A DNA stretch of 64,000 nt from Felis catus (taxonomy: Eukaryota): NCBI RefSeq assembly GCF_018350175.1, contig NC_058383.1:9984001-10048000 (forward strand), given 5' to 3'. The notes beneath the pieces were generated by a model that was not told where the DNA came from, did no database searches, and worked only from the letters and a program-made list of their open reading frames with translations. This document shows positions 24,501 to 35,865 of the stretch, in pieces (the first letter of the stretch is position 1; every line of letters begins with the position of its first letter). The position numbers and the translations under genes are program-made.

Positions 24501-25105
24501 CCAGCATGGATGCGGCCGCGCTGACGGGCTTTGTGCTGGTTCCCCTCTCCTGCTACCTGGTGCTGGGCACCAGCTTCCTCCTGACCGGCTTCGTGGCCCT
24601 CTTCCACATCCGCAAGATCATGAAGACAGGCGGCACCAACACGGAGAAGCTGGAGAAGCTCATGGTCAAGATTGGGGTCTTCTCCATCCTCTACACGGTG
24701 CCTGCCACCTGCGTCATTGTGTGCTATGTCTATGAACGCCTCAACATGGACTTCTGGCGCCTTCGGGCCACAGAGCAGCCCTGCCTGGCAGCCACCATGC
24801 CCGGGGGCCGGAGGGACTGCTCACTACAAGGGGGGTCGGTGCCCACCGTGGCTGTCTTTATGCTCAAGATCTTCATGTCGCTGGTGGTGGGCATCACCAG
24901 CGGTGTCTGGGTGTGGAGCTCCAAGACTTTCCAGACCTGGCAGAGCCTGTGCCACCGCAAGATGGCAGCTGGCCGGGCCCGGGCAAAGGCCTGCCGGGCT
25001 CCCGGGGGCTACGGCCGTGGCACCCATTGCCACTATAAGGCCCCCACCGTGGTCTTGCACATGACTAAGACGGACCCTTCTCTGGAGAACCCCACGCACC
25101 TCTAG
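23330..25105 (+). CDS. FZD9: Frizzled-9, Wnt receptor; single coding exon, 591 aa
   Basis: ATG at 23330 in strong Kozak context (gggATGg). Signal peptide MAVPPLRRALLLWQLLAAGGAA, cysteine-rich domain (CQAVEIPMCRGIGYNLTRMPN...), seven hydrophobic segments, KTxxxW motif (KTFQTW), C-terminus SLENPTHL, TAG at 25103-25105. Adjacent to BAZ1B as in other mammals. Confidence 0.98.
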   Translation: MAVPPLRRALLLWQLLAAGGAALEIGRFDPERGRGPAPCQAVEIPMCRGIGYNLTRMPNLLGHTSQGEAAAELAEFAPLVQYGCHSHLRFFLCSLYAPMCTDQVSTPIPACRPMCEQARLRCAPIMEQFNFGWPDSLDCARLPTRNDPHALCMEAPENATAGPAEPHKGLGMLPVAPRPARPPGDSASGPGGGGTCENPEKFQYVEKSRSCAPRCGPGVEVFWSRRDKDFALVWMAVWSALCFFSTAFTVLTFLLEPHRFQYPERPIIFLSMCYNVYSLAFLIRAVAGAQSVACDQEAGALYVIQEGLENTGCTLVFLLLYYFGMASSLWWVVLTLTWFLAAGKKWGHEAIEAHGSYFHMAAWGLPALKTIVILTLRKVAGDELTGLCYVASMDAAALTGFVLVPLSCYLVLGTSFLLTGFVALFHIRKIMKTGGTNTEKLEKLMVKIGVFSILYTVPATCVIVCYVYERLNMDFWRLRATEQPCLAATMPGGRRDCSLQGGSVPTVAVFMLKIFMSLVVGITSGVWVWSSKTFQTWQSLCHRKMAAGRARAKACRAPGGYGRGTHCHYKAPTVVLHMTKTDPSLENPTHL

Positions 25106-25390
25106 GGACACAGGCCTGTGTGGGGCGGCTGTTGCCCCCTCCTGCACCCCCCCCCCTCTGGAGGAGACAGCTGACTAGCAGCTGCCCAGCTGTCAAGGTC
25201 AGGCAAGTGAGTGCGAGGGGCCGAGGACCAGGGCGTGGAGCCTCTCCTTCCACCCTCATTCACAGAGACCCATTGAGGCTCACTCCCCTGTGGCCCAGTG
25301 GAGGGGGCGGGCCTGGCCAGGTCCCCACAGGGTCCTGGGGGAGCAGGTGGAGAGGAGGAGGGGCAGAAGGGGGCGTGGTCCAGCAGGGAG

Positions 25391-25447
25391 TTTATTTAAT
25401 GATGTAATTTATTGTTGAGTTTCTCTGGAAGCTGTGACTGGAATAAA
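25391..25447 (+). terminator. FZD9: FZD9 3'-end signals: AU-rich element, UGUA and AATAAA poly(A) signal
   Basis: TTATTTAAT at 25392-25400, TGTA at 25403-25406 and AATAAA at 25442-25447, about 340 nt after the stop, followed by GT-containing sequence. Confidence 0.8.
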
Positions 25448-28400
25448 CCCCCGTGTGGCACTGCTGAGTCCTCTGTGGGCTGGGAAGGGGGTAAGGTCAG
25501 AGAGTGAGGGTCCTGTAGGAGTCCCCCTGGTGGGGTGAGCTGGGTGGCTGCTGGCCTCATGGCCCCAGCCCCATTCTCTGCCTCCCCTCCGGTCAGGAGG
25601 ACGTCCCTGTGGAGCAGCTGTCTTTGCAGAAGTCCCAGATTCTGTGTGTGTGCGTTGTCCCCTCTCACCAGTCCTTGCTCTTTTGGGCAACCTGTTTGCC
25701 CGAGTCCTGGGTTCCCGCTTCCCAAAGTGTGACCAGGATGCCTGCCAGGATACTCAGGAATCCCCTGAGAGGACACCTCTGGCCCTGGGGACTCTAGCCT
25801 GTTTGGTGGCCCTGGGGAAGACTGCTTTCTTCATTTGTATAGAAAACGAGGACATCAGCCTGTCTCCAAAGTTCCCTTGGGGGCTCAGGATCTGCTCCCG
25901 CTGTCTCCTATAGGCTGTCCTACTGTCCCTTCCCTGGGGCCTAAGGGCTAAGGCTGGAGTGACTGTCCTCATTGCCTTCCAAGATTGCTGGTGTGTCCAC
26001 CTCTCTCCTTGGGTTCCTAGTAGGGGCACCCCACGGCATCCCTTCATCTTACCAGGTGGAGTGGAGATGGGGCAGGACTGGCTGGTATAGGGGCATCTTG
26101 GTGGCACAGACACAGGGGATGGGGAAACCCTTGAGCATAGTGGAAATTGGGTCCCCAGCTCCGAAAGGGCTGCCGAAGGACTTGGGGTGCTGGGCACCGT
26201 GTGAGAAATGGGGCAGGTGCGGGGGCATATGCGTGGCTGCTCCAGGCCAGCTTACACACTCATGTGCCCAGGGACAGGAAAATGTACCTGTGTATCCGTG
26301 CGCCGGGCTTCGTCATCTCTGCCCACTGTGAGGAGTGTGTGGCCGTCCCAGAGATGCCCATCGGCTTGGGGCAGGAGGTCAGACCCCAGAGCCCCATCTT
26401 GGCCTCTACTTTGGCCACTGTGACTCCAGCCAGGTGTATCGGTCATTGTCCTGGGTGCATGATACAGAGCCGGCATTCAGTGTCACTGCCAAGAGGTCCC
26501 AAGGGTCCAGCCTCACTTCAGAACCAAAGGGAGGCTCAAGGCCGACTGCTTCCTGTGAAGCAGGGCTGAGTGCCTAAACCCAGGGCCTCTCAGGCCGGAG
26601 CTCTTTGCCCTGCACCAGCCACCAAGCTCTGCGGGACAAGAAGGAAGCCAAATGGAGACCCAACAGGCTGTGTCAGACTCCCATCAGGAGCTAAGGAGAA
26701 TTAAGGGCTGTCCCTCAGCACAAGCAGCAGCCCAGAGCCCCCAGGAGAACTCTGCCGCCTCGGGACCTTGGGCTTATGCATTTCATGCATGGGACGGCCC
26801 AGCCCATCCAAATCTTTCCGTCTCAGAGCACACAGGAGGCCCTCTTGCCTTCTTTACGGCAAAGCCAAGTGACCCTAACACCTTGTAACTCCCTAGGAGG
26901 GTCCTTGACTGACAGATTGCGCCTACTGAATGTGACAGGGTTAGGGTTAGGGTTAGGCTGGAAGGGGAGACGGTGGCTGCGTGGAGTTAGGCTTGCAGGC
27001 CAGGTCTGCAGGGAGTGGCCCCAGTTCACCCCTGTCCCTTGCCAGTCAGCGGCCCTGGGAGAGATGATGCTTGACTAAGTCCCACCCAGCAGAAAAAATT
27101 TGGGCTCCCAGGACAACTGGGAGGGGGGTGATGGAGGGTAAGGGGCTCTGCCAGCAGCCTCTCAGCACTTGGGGACACTGGAAGGTCCCAGACCCCGGGA
27201 GAGAAGGAAGGAATCGTTTATTAAAGACCTTTTACAGAAGTCCTCCATTAGATCCTTCTCTCCCCATTTTCCAGCTGGGAAGTGTTGAGTGGCTGGCTCA
27301 AGGTCACGCAGCCAGGTAGCGTGCAGCCTCCAGAGCCTTTGTGATTTCCACTGCGCCACGGATTCCACCTGGGTGGGCAAGGGATGGCAGGTGTTATAAC
27401 CTAGGGTGGTTTTGTCCAGAGAAACACCCCCCCACCAGCCCCCAAGAGGAAATTCCAGAGCCCAAGGGAAGTGTCTCGGAAAGCAACACCTGCTGGCCAG
27501 TCACTGTGTGTCCCCGGCCCCTCCCTGCCGGGCTTGTGCGTGGGAGACCCAAGTTAAGGGAACTCCTTAGCCCTGACCTATTAGTTCCAAGGAAATGATT
27601 CAAAGTTCACAGGAATCAGTGGCGGTGATCTTGACCAAGGTCAGCCTGAGGAGAGTGTCAGTGGCTGCTCACGGCCACACCCCAGAGGCAGAAACTCCAG
27701 GACTGCCCTGAGTGTGAAAAGGTCTGAAGGCTCCGGGCAGGGGCAGTGGTGGAAACTTCTCTTCCCACCTGGTTGGAGTTTCTCAATATCCTGCTAAAGA
27801 GGCCCTGGCTCCCGGCAATCCAGATACCACCTCACTGCCACACACCACCCCCCACCTTCCCCAGACACCGCAGCAAACCCCCCATCCCCTGGGGACACTG
27901 CCACCCCACACACACACCCGCAGCACCCTCCCCCATCCTCTGGGGACAGGGTCTGAGGAGAAAGCGCAGGCAGGATGGGGGAGAGGTCTCCGTTGATTCC
28001 CAGGAGCAATGCCTCAGACCCCGGTCCTCAGGAGGAAAAGTTCTCTTGTCCCCTCTTGCAGTAGTCAAGGGAAGTTAGGCGGCTCCCCGAGGTCGAGCCC
28101 ACAGCAGGGAGGATGGGCTGATGGTTTAACAGGACCAGGGTGCTGACCTCAAGAAGACGTGGCCCCCGGAACACCATCCTAGGGGAGCCTGAGAAGCTGA
28201 CTGAGGAGAGGACATCACAGAAGTGGCCGAGCCCCTGAGTCCCGCCTGAGTCCCGCTGTGACTGTGTAGGAAATGCACAGAGGCCCACAGCTCCCTTCCC
28301 CAGAGCCTGAGCACTCGTCAGACCGGAGCTGACCTTGGGGCAAACTGCTCACTCAAGCCAGGGGCCTGGCTCGGAGCTCACACTCCCCGAGTGTGGACTC

Positions 28401-28751
28401 CACAGAGCAACCCAGGGTTTTGGTTTCTCCTTTTTTTAAAGCCCATTTTAGCCACCGCTGCCCCAGGTTCAGGTGGTCAGGAGTCGGCAGTGTCCCTTCT
28501 TGGTCAAGGGGCTCACAGAGTGTGCTCTGCAAAATCTTTGAATTCCAGAAGCAGATTGCCACCTAGCAGTGACCTACTGAACCAACCACTCTGACTTGAT
28601 AAAAACGCCCAGCATAAAAAATAAATGGAGACATAAATAAAATTGCTTATGTGGTAGAACTGATGAAGCAGAGTACAAGGGAATTCATATTTTCACTCTT
28701 TTTTGCGTTATGTTTGAAATTTTCCTGGAAAAGAAGTGTTTTAAAATGTCT

Positions 28752-29278
28752 GGGATGCCTGGGTGGCTCAGTTGGTTGAGCGTCCCACTTCGGCTAAGGT
28801 CATGATCTCACAGCTTGTGAGTTCGAGGCCTGTGTCGGGCTCTGTGCTGACAGCTTGGAGCCTGGAGCCTGCTTTGGAGTCTGTGTCTCCCTCTCTCTCT
28901 GCCCCTCCCCCGCTCATGCTCTGTCTCTGTCAAAAATAAACACTAAAAAAAATTCTTTTTAATGTCAGCAATTACCCCTAAATTAATTCTTCCATCCCCA
29001 AATTCCCAGCTAAGCCTTTAGAAATATTTGTCTCTAATTACTAGAAAAATGTTTTTAAAGTTTGTTGTGAGAGAGAGAGAGAGCGAGCGAGCGAGCGCTG
29101 GGGCAGGGGGGCAGGGATGAGGGCAGAGACAGGGAGAGAGGGAGAATCCCAAGCAGGCTCTGAACAGTCAGAACACAGAGCCTGATGCAGGGCTCGAACT
29201 CACAAAACCATGAGATCATGACCTGAGCCAAGATCAAGAGTCAGACGCTTAACCAATTGAGCCACCCAGGCGCCCCCC
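28752..29278. mobile_element. Two Can-SINEs tail to tail (+28752-28961, -29052-29278) between the FZD9 and BAZ1B 3' ends
   Basis: Heads gggatgcctgggtggctcag and reverse gagccacccaggcgcccc. Confidence 0.9.
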
Positions 29279-29524
29279 CCCCCCCCGGAAATTTCCAATG
29301 ACAATTTTGGGGGTTTCAGAGACCAGGCCAGAAGCTTGAAAGTCACACTCTGATTACTGGGCACCAGAAATCTCTCCAGGAAGCAAAGAAATGCAAATGG
29401 ATGTGGCCTGTGGTTAAAAAGATGGTCAGAAGTCCTCTGAGCTCCGGGAAAGAGCCCTGGGGGCCACATGTGCCACTACCGCCCCCACAAACACAAAGAA
29501 AGATTCACCAGAACTGCTGCTTCT

Positions 29525-30906
29525 TTATAAACACAAGTACATAATGTTTATTTGAAATTCCAATTTATTACAAGTTTACCCTTGAACGGGGCCCTTCCTC
29601 CTTAAAGACAATTAAAAAAAAAAAAAAACAACAAACAATTCAGGTGTCACTGAAGTGGGAACACAGGATTCTCACTGTTAACAAGAACAGACTGGCTCTA
29701 GGGTAAGAGGCAGGGGGAGGTGTTGGTGGCTGGGATCACGGAACTGTAGCGTCAGTGCTAACTCCGAACCTGTGGGAGAAGGGACAGTAAACCTATCCAG
29801 CAGCCACTGGAGCAAATCCCCCCCGGTCTCTGGGCAGGGTAGGCGGGGCGAGACAGGGAACACACCTTGAAATTCAGTATTAAGAGGCTTTATTCTCAAG
29901 TTCTAGGAGCTGCAATCCCCTTGGTGGACATGTTTTCCCTTAACTTAAATAGTTACAGAAGAGCTGAGGTGCTCACATTTGCTAAATTCAAAGCTGGTAG
30001 AAAAGAAAATTAAACCCTGTTTTGCATTTTATCAAAATCTGCCATAAAAGGGAAAGACGACTAGGAAGTCCTGCCCAACCAGAGCCACTAACGCCAGACT
30101 CCTTGCGGAAGGGCCGGCAGAGCTCCTCCACACCCCCCCACTCCCACCCCACGCGCAGCTGGCGGACCGGCAAGATTCAGCTTCGTGGGGACACGGTGGG
30201 GGGAGGCGGGAGGTGGCGGCTGTAGATGGAGGCGGCAGAATCGGCGCTCGGGGCAGGCAGAGGGACAGCCCTTCCCCCCCAGGTCCCACCACCTGCCCCG
30301 ATGACCCTCCAGCCCGGCTTCTCTGAAGGAGAGAGGATGGGCTGAGGGAGGAGACGGGGCAAAGTAAAGCGAACACGTTATCATATAAACTGTACTGTAC
30401 ATGTGCCAAAGCAAGATGACAGAAATATCTTACAAGATGTTCTTTATACAATATCACTGCTGAAACAAGCAACTTTTAATAACTAGAAAAGTCAATTAAA
30501 AAAAATTAAACATTTAAATTCTTCCTGCTTTTCTTCTCCCCTAAGAGCTTGTCTGGTACGTGGGTGGGCTGGGCTCCAACACCCCTCTGGCCAGACCCAT
30601 TGAAGTAAAGGTTATATGCATGATTATAAGCAGGACTCCAGTCTCTAAGTGAAGTGCCTTAGGTTTTTTGTGGGTTTTTTTTAGTTTTTTTTTTAAGTTT
30701 TTTTTGTTTTTTTGTTTTTTCTGAGGGGGTGAGGTGGGGTGGGGTGGGAGCAGGGAGAGAGCGGTCACAAAGAGGGGGAGGGGTTAGATTCAGGAATGGC
30801 TCCGGGACGTGTCCCTTTACTCTGCCAAGAGCAACTCAAAGGAGCACAAGTGTCTCATGATGCTGGTGAATACAGAACGTGGTGTGGCACTCACTGATAG
30901 CGTCAC
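29525..30906 (-). other. BAZ1B: BAZ1B terminal non-coding (3'UTR) exon
   Basis: Pyrimidine-rich acceptor ctccccctccctcag|GTGACG at 30907/30906. Repeat-free, AU-rich blocks. Two AATAAA on the minus strand near 29550-29570. The 3' end is approximate. Confidence 0.75.
29547..29569 (-). terminator. BAZ1B: BAZ1B tandem poly(A) signals
   Basis: Minus-strand AATAAA at 29564-29569 and 29547-29552, followed on that strand by GT/T-rich sequence (tctttctttgtgtttgtgg). Confidence 0.8.
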
Positions 30907-31430
30907 CTGAGGGAGGGGGAGCGAGACACAGAGGACGGGCTTGAAGAAACAAGACTGGGTGTAAATACAGATTAAAAAAAACCAATACCACCTCCCCAGT
31001 TGGCCTGATTACCCCCAATCCTTCTATGTAATGCAGTAACCCCTCCCCTAGAGACCAGAGGCTTGGCACTGTTGTGGTGGCCAAAGCGAGAGGGACCCCG
31101 GGAAAGAAGGTTAAAGGACAGGGGCTCACGACAAGGGCTGTACCCCCAGACCCTCCCTGGACACTTTCAGGGCCAAGGCCCTCGTCTACCACCCGCCGTG
31201 TCTCTGGGCAGAGACCACCCAAGAGCAGGTTCTCCAAAGAGCTCTGCGTGCGGAGGGCCCTCTGGAGAGCTGGGGAGGGCGGCAGAAGCTCGGGATGACG
31301 GGCACTTCAGGACTCCCCGTGACTCCCTCCCTTCCACACTCCTGTCCGCCTTCCTCTCCCGCCCCCAGCTCACCCTCCCCAGCTCTCTCCATTCCCCCCA
31401 CCTCAGCTCCCTTACCAGGGCCCTGCCTCT

Positions 31431-31788
31431 CTATTTCTTCTGCCTTCGTCCCCTGGACTGTCCAATGGGCTCTGACTCACTGTCCCCTTCATCTTCAGCA
31501 AGCCGATCGGGAAACTTCTTGCGTTTCCTGCGGACATATGGGTGGCCAGGAAGGTGTTTATGCAACAGAGCCACCAGACACTGTTCTGTCTTCACCATAC
31601 AGTTTAGCACATGGCTGCCCCGGCAGTTGTAGAGCTCAGCATTGGTAAACACTTGCTTCATGTCAGTAAGAAACTCCTGCACAGAGCGGTAGCTCCCACA
31701 GGAACATTTGTTCTGCATTGTCTGGAAGTCCATGGGGTGGGTGATGACATCATAGTAATCCTCGGCCTCGTCTCTGGTCACCGGCTCC
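31431..31788 (-). CDS. BAZ1B: BAZ1B exon 19 coding part; bromodomain and stop codon
   Basis: cacag|GGAGCCG; encodes EPVTRDEAEDYYDVITHPMDFQTMQNKC...NAELYNCRGS...GRRQKK, TAG at 31433-31431. The exon continues 15 nt to a donor at 31416/31415. Confidence 0.97.
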
Positions 31789-32114
31789 CTGTGGAAGAGA
31801 ACCAAACGGAGATGTGAACGTAGCCTCGAGAACAGACACAAACCTTGTTATCAAACCACCGCTCCCAGAACGCCCGCCCCTGCGGAGATCGGCCAGCTGG
31901 CAGGCGGAGAAGAGGTGCGTCCACCTTGTACAAAGTGCTCTCCCTTACCAGTTTGGGAAGCTAACTCTTCCACCACTCACACATGGCCTAAACAAAGGGA
32001 TCGGGGTGGATCCCACGGCCTCCGCTCAGCACGCCCCGGGCCAGCTGCCTATCTGCACGCTCTGAGAACCCACAGGTGGGTCCTGCTTCCCTGTGCTGGA
32101 GACACAAAGCCCAC

Positions 32115-32218
32115 CTGAAAGGCCAGCTGAAGCGGTACTTCACAATCTTGTGGAGGATCTCTTCACACTTCTGCAACTCCAGGCTTTGCCTCCGGGAGCT
32201 CCGCTTGGTCTGGAGTAC
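32115..32218 (-). CDS. BAZ1B: BAZ1B exon 18 (104 nt); start of bromodomain
   Basis: gccag|GTACTCC...TTCAG|gtgggc; encodes VLQTKRSSRRQSLELQKCEEILHKIVKYRFSWPF (WPF shelf). Confidence 0.96.
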
Positions 32219-33326
32219 CTGGCACCAAAAAAGAGAGACATGTTATTACAGGTCCAAGAGAAGAGTGGACGGAAGAGAAAATGTGTGTAAGGAGTTCAAC
32301 CATTTTCTTGGAGCAGAGATAGTCAACATCTGACATTCAAGTCGGGGAGTGCGCTCAGCCAGGGGGCAGGCGTCTTCCCATCAGCCCACTTGCCTCTTCC
32401 CTGCAAAGGGGGCAGCAGAGGGCAGGCAGCAGTTGCCGTATTACAGCCGTCCTGCTGGAGGTCAGCTAGAGAGCCCACTGTCACCAGGACGGCGGCCTGA
32501 GAGCAGATGGACCTGGGATTATGTGCACACCATGGAGGGGTATAAAACAGCAAGTGCGGAGAGCTGGACTGGTTACAGGGACCACTGGCGGCTAACTCTG
32601 TGGGGGTGGAGGGCCTGAGGGAAGAAAAGCGAGAGGCACGACTCCTTTCCCGGGCTCTCCTGCTGCAGGCATGTGGGAGCTAAGTGGCTGAGGAGGAAAG
32701 GGCGGGTGTCCCCTCCAAGGAGTTATCACTGCTGCGGCTCACAGTGGTCAGAGCCACGGGCTTGAAGAGTTAGTTAGGGTCGGGCCAGCAGAAGGATCTC
32801 ACAATGCCCCCGAGCTCCCTAGAGGCTCACTTTATGCCCCCAACCCCAATTTGCTCTGTCAGAATAAGTTAATTTTCAAGAGCCTCTTTATTGTTCTTGG
32901 AAGCTCAAGTAAAATCTGAAGTAAAACCACTAAAATTACATTGGTTGGGGGAGCAGAGGGGAGGGTAACACCCCTCCACGACAACTGTCGGCAAAAGACT
33001 CAAGAGTGAATGAGGCTCCAACATTGCTGACATTCCCACAATGGAGACCCAGCCCCTCTGAGCCACTGGAGACACATGGATACTATTTTAAAATCCCTAA
33101 CAAGTCACAGGCTGCCTATTAACTAGGGGAGACGATATCTGCAGGCTACAGCAGGGGAATGCCGGACATAGCTGCTCCCGAAGGGCCTGCTGCCTCCAGG
33201 CCCACCCATCTGCCACACGCAGCAGCCTGCAAAGTTGGGGAGGGGGGCGCCAGGGGGAGGCTTCCACCTGTTGCACACTGGCGGGGGAGGGGGGGAGCGT
33301 TAGAGGGAAGGGGAGAAATCACTTAC

Positions 33327-33472
33327 CAGCTCCTCCACCTCAGCGTCGTCCACAGGTGGTACCTTCGGCCGAGACTTCCTAGCAGGATGAGGCTTCTTGC
33401 CTGGCCGTCGTCCTGGCCTCGCTGCAGGAGGGATGACACCATGCTTGCCCCGGACAGTCTTTCGAGGTCTCA
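33327..33472 (-). CDS. BAZ1B: BAZ1B exon 17 (146 nt)
   Basis: ttcag|TGAGACC...GAGCTG|gtaagt; encodes (L)RPRKTVRGKHGVIPPAARPGRRPGKKPHPARKSRPKVPPVDDAEVEEL. Confidence 0.95.
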
Positions 33473-34767
33473 CTGAAATAGAAAACATGGATTTGGAGTC
33501 GAACAGCTGAGGAAGAAGGGAACACATCTATGGAATGGGAAGAGCACCCAGCCGAGCAAAGCAACGGCTCCCCGTGGTTGTAAGGAGCTCTTACAGTTTC
33601 TCTCTTGCCTTACCTAACAGGACACTTTAAAGGTAGAGAAGGAGATGAACGGATAGCTTTCATCAACTGCCAAAGACCTGCTAAGAGTCTCTTCGGCAGG
33701 CTCTCTTCAGAACGGCTCTCTCTGCCCCACTGTTCACAGTCACTCCTGGGAACGAACGAGTCAGTGGTGAGCTGACTCACCCAGGAGGAGAGGCCGTCTG
33801 CTAACAGGTCTGCCTGGAATTCCCACAGCCCCAGCTCAGCCTGTCAACGTACGTCCTTACGTGGAGGGGGACTCTGAACGTAGAACACTTCCTAGTTCCC
33901 CAAGGAATCCTACATTCACCACAACCTTCTCAGAGAAAAGCAGATACCTATGCAAAGTCTCCCTCATCGAATCCAATTTCTGGCTTACCCTAGTCCAGCT
34001 TTCTTGCATTTCTGCAAGAAATGCACAGACAGTGGACCAGGCCACTTCCACAAGAGCCCTTGCCCACAACCCCGAAAGGAACAATAAAGAATACAAAGAC
34101 CCCCAAGATGACCTGTGTCTCAGGTTTACAACAGGTGGTCAATGTCAGACAAACCAACATTTCTCAATATGTCCTCCAGGAGCGATGCTCCATAAGGATT
34201 AGCTCAAAGCTTCTCCACTGAACACAGGGAGGTGACATGTGGACAGAGACGGGGATATACACAGTCGGTGACACAAAGAATCAATAAACAGTGTTTTACA
34301 TTCACTTCTGGACCCTGATAACCCTTCATAAGCTATTTTAAGGTCTCTAAGCTCAAGACCAGGCTTGAAAGAGAGAATAAAAAACTGACACCAAGGATGA
34401 AACTCAAAATGCTAGAGACAGCCACCAACCCAGGGCCTCGAGCTATACTAAGGAACACATCTTTGGTGGCCTAAAAGGTGCAGCAGACAAAGGGCTCAGA
34501 GGTATACTAATACTTCCTAGACCCTTTTGGCAGACAAGAACCTAGAAACCTGGAGAGAGAACAATTCCTTGGAAAGAGAAGATAACTCACAAGTGAAAGC
34601 ATCCACTACTCCGAAAACAAACCAAATGAGTACACTGTTACATTCAGAATCTATTCCCAGACAACCGTGCATCTGAACTGCACTCTCTAGCCAGCAGATG
34701 AAGTCTCTTCCTGTAAGGGACTACGTGTCTCCTTACCCTGGATAACTGGAAAATTATGCCTGGGGAA

Positions 34768-34798
34768 AAACAACAACAACAACAACAACAACAACAAA
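34768..34798. repeat. (CAA)n microsatellite
   Basis: About 9 CAA units in BAZ1B intron 16. Confidence 0.9.
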
Positions 34799-35749
34799 AA
34801 CCCTATAGGAATGAGAGAAATTAATGGGTCTCAAATTAGAGCCCTGCAGGACTGGGAAGATGGGGGCAGGCGGGCACACCCAAACCTCTCAAGGTTTTAG
34901 CAGCACCACCGCCAGAAGACTGGTCACACCAAACACCTTCTCAGACTCTATACCAAGATGTGAATGTTCAGAGTGCTGTGATCTTGGGAACTGTATCATC
35001 TGTTCAAAAGCTCATCAAAATCTTGACTTGTGGTCTCTTTTCTACCAACCTACAAGGAAGGGTATATACTTTGCAAAGGAGAAGGCTGTTGAAAGTCTAG
35101 ACTGCAGGACTTTAGGCTTAATCATGAAAAGGACTCATGAAAAATGACCATCACAGAAGTGAGAGAGTCAACGAAGTAAAGTGTAAATGATGAGGCCTCC
35201 CCAACCCTGGCTCTGCTGGCATCTAGTGAGAAACAGATCTGAACCTTCCAAACAACCACCCTAACCCATGAGAAAACAAGTCTTCTCTTTTTAAAACCAG
35301 CAAACCTATAGACCTGCATGCCACATAAATGAGAAAAATCACTGTAACCAGAGAAAAAAAAATCACTTCTCTGACAGCAGCACTGAACCAGAGGCTAAAA
35401 CAACCGTTAAGAGATGACAATGGGCCTAGACCTTCCTTACCCATTGTCCCCACTGTCCCCATACACTGAGAGGTTTGAATCAGGAGACTCGTCATCAACA
35501 CACTTGGGGGCTTGAATTCCACTCAATCTTGGACCAACTGGACCTACCATAGGGCTGATCCAACCTCCCACTAGGAAAGTGGTTAAATGGCATCTTGAAA
35601 ACCCATTTGAAACCATGGCAGTGGAGTCACCCACCCCACAGCCACAACACGTGAGAGCAATGCTGGGTGGGGGTCCGCTGCCAACGCAGTCTTCCTAAGG
35701 CAGCCTGGAAAACTGTGAGGTCAACTATGAAGGCAAACTGAATACTTAC

Positions 35750-35865
35750 ATCGCAAACCAGCCACCTCATAATCTTCTTCCTCCTCCTCCTCCTCCTCCT
35801 CTTCCTCCTCTTCATTGCTCTCATCATCTTCACTGTCCTCAGAGGCAGACTCTTCAGTGTAATTC
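35750..35865 (-). CDS. BAZ1B: BAZ1B exon 16 (116 nt); acidic poly-Glu tract
   Basis: cacag|GAATTAC...CGAT|gtaagt; encodes NYTEESASEDSEDDESN-E13-DYEVAGLR. Confidence 0.96.

Noticed and set aside
22708..25147. Long overlapping and antisense ORFs across FZD9 (up to 376 aa)
   Set aside because: Expected shadows of a very GC-rich coding sequence with few off-frame stops; no recognisable domains.
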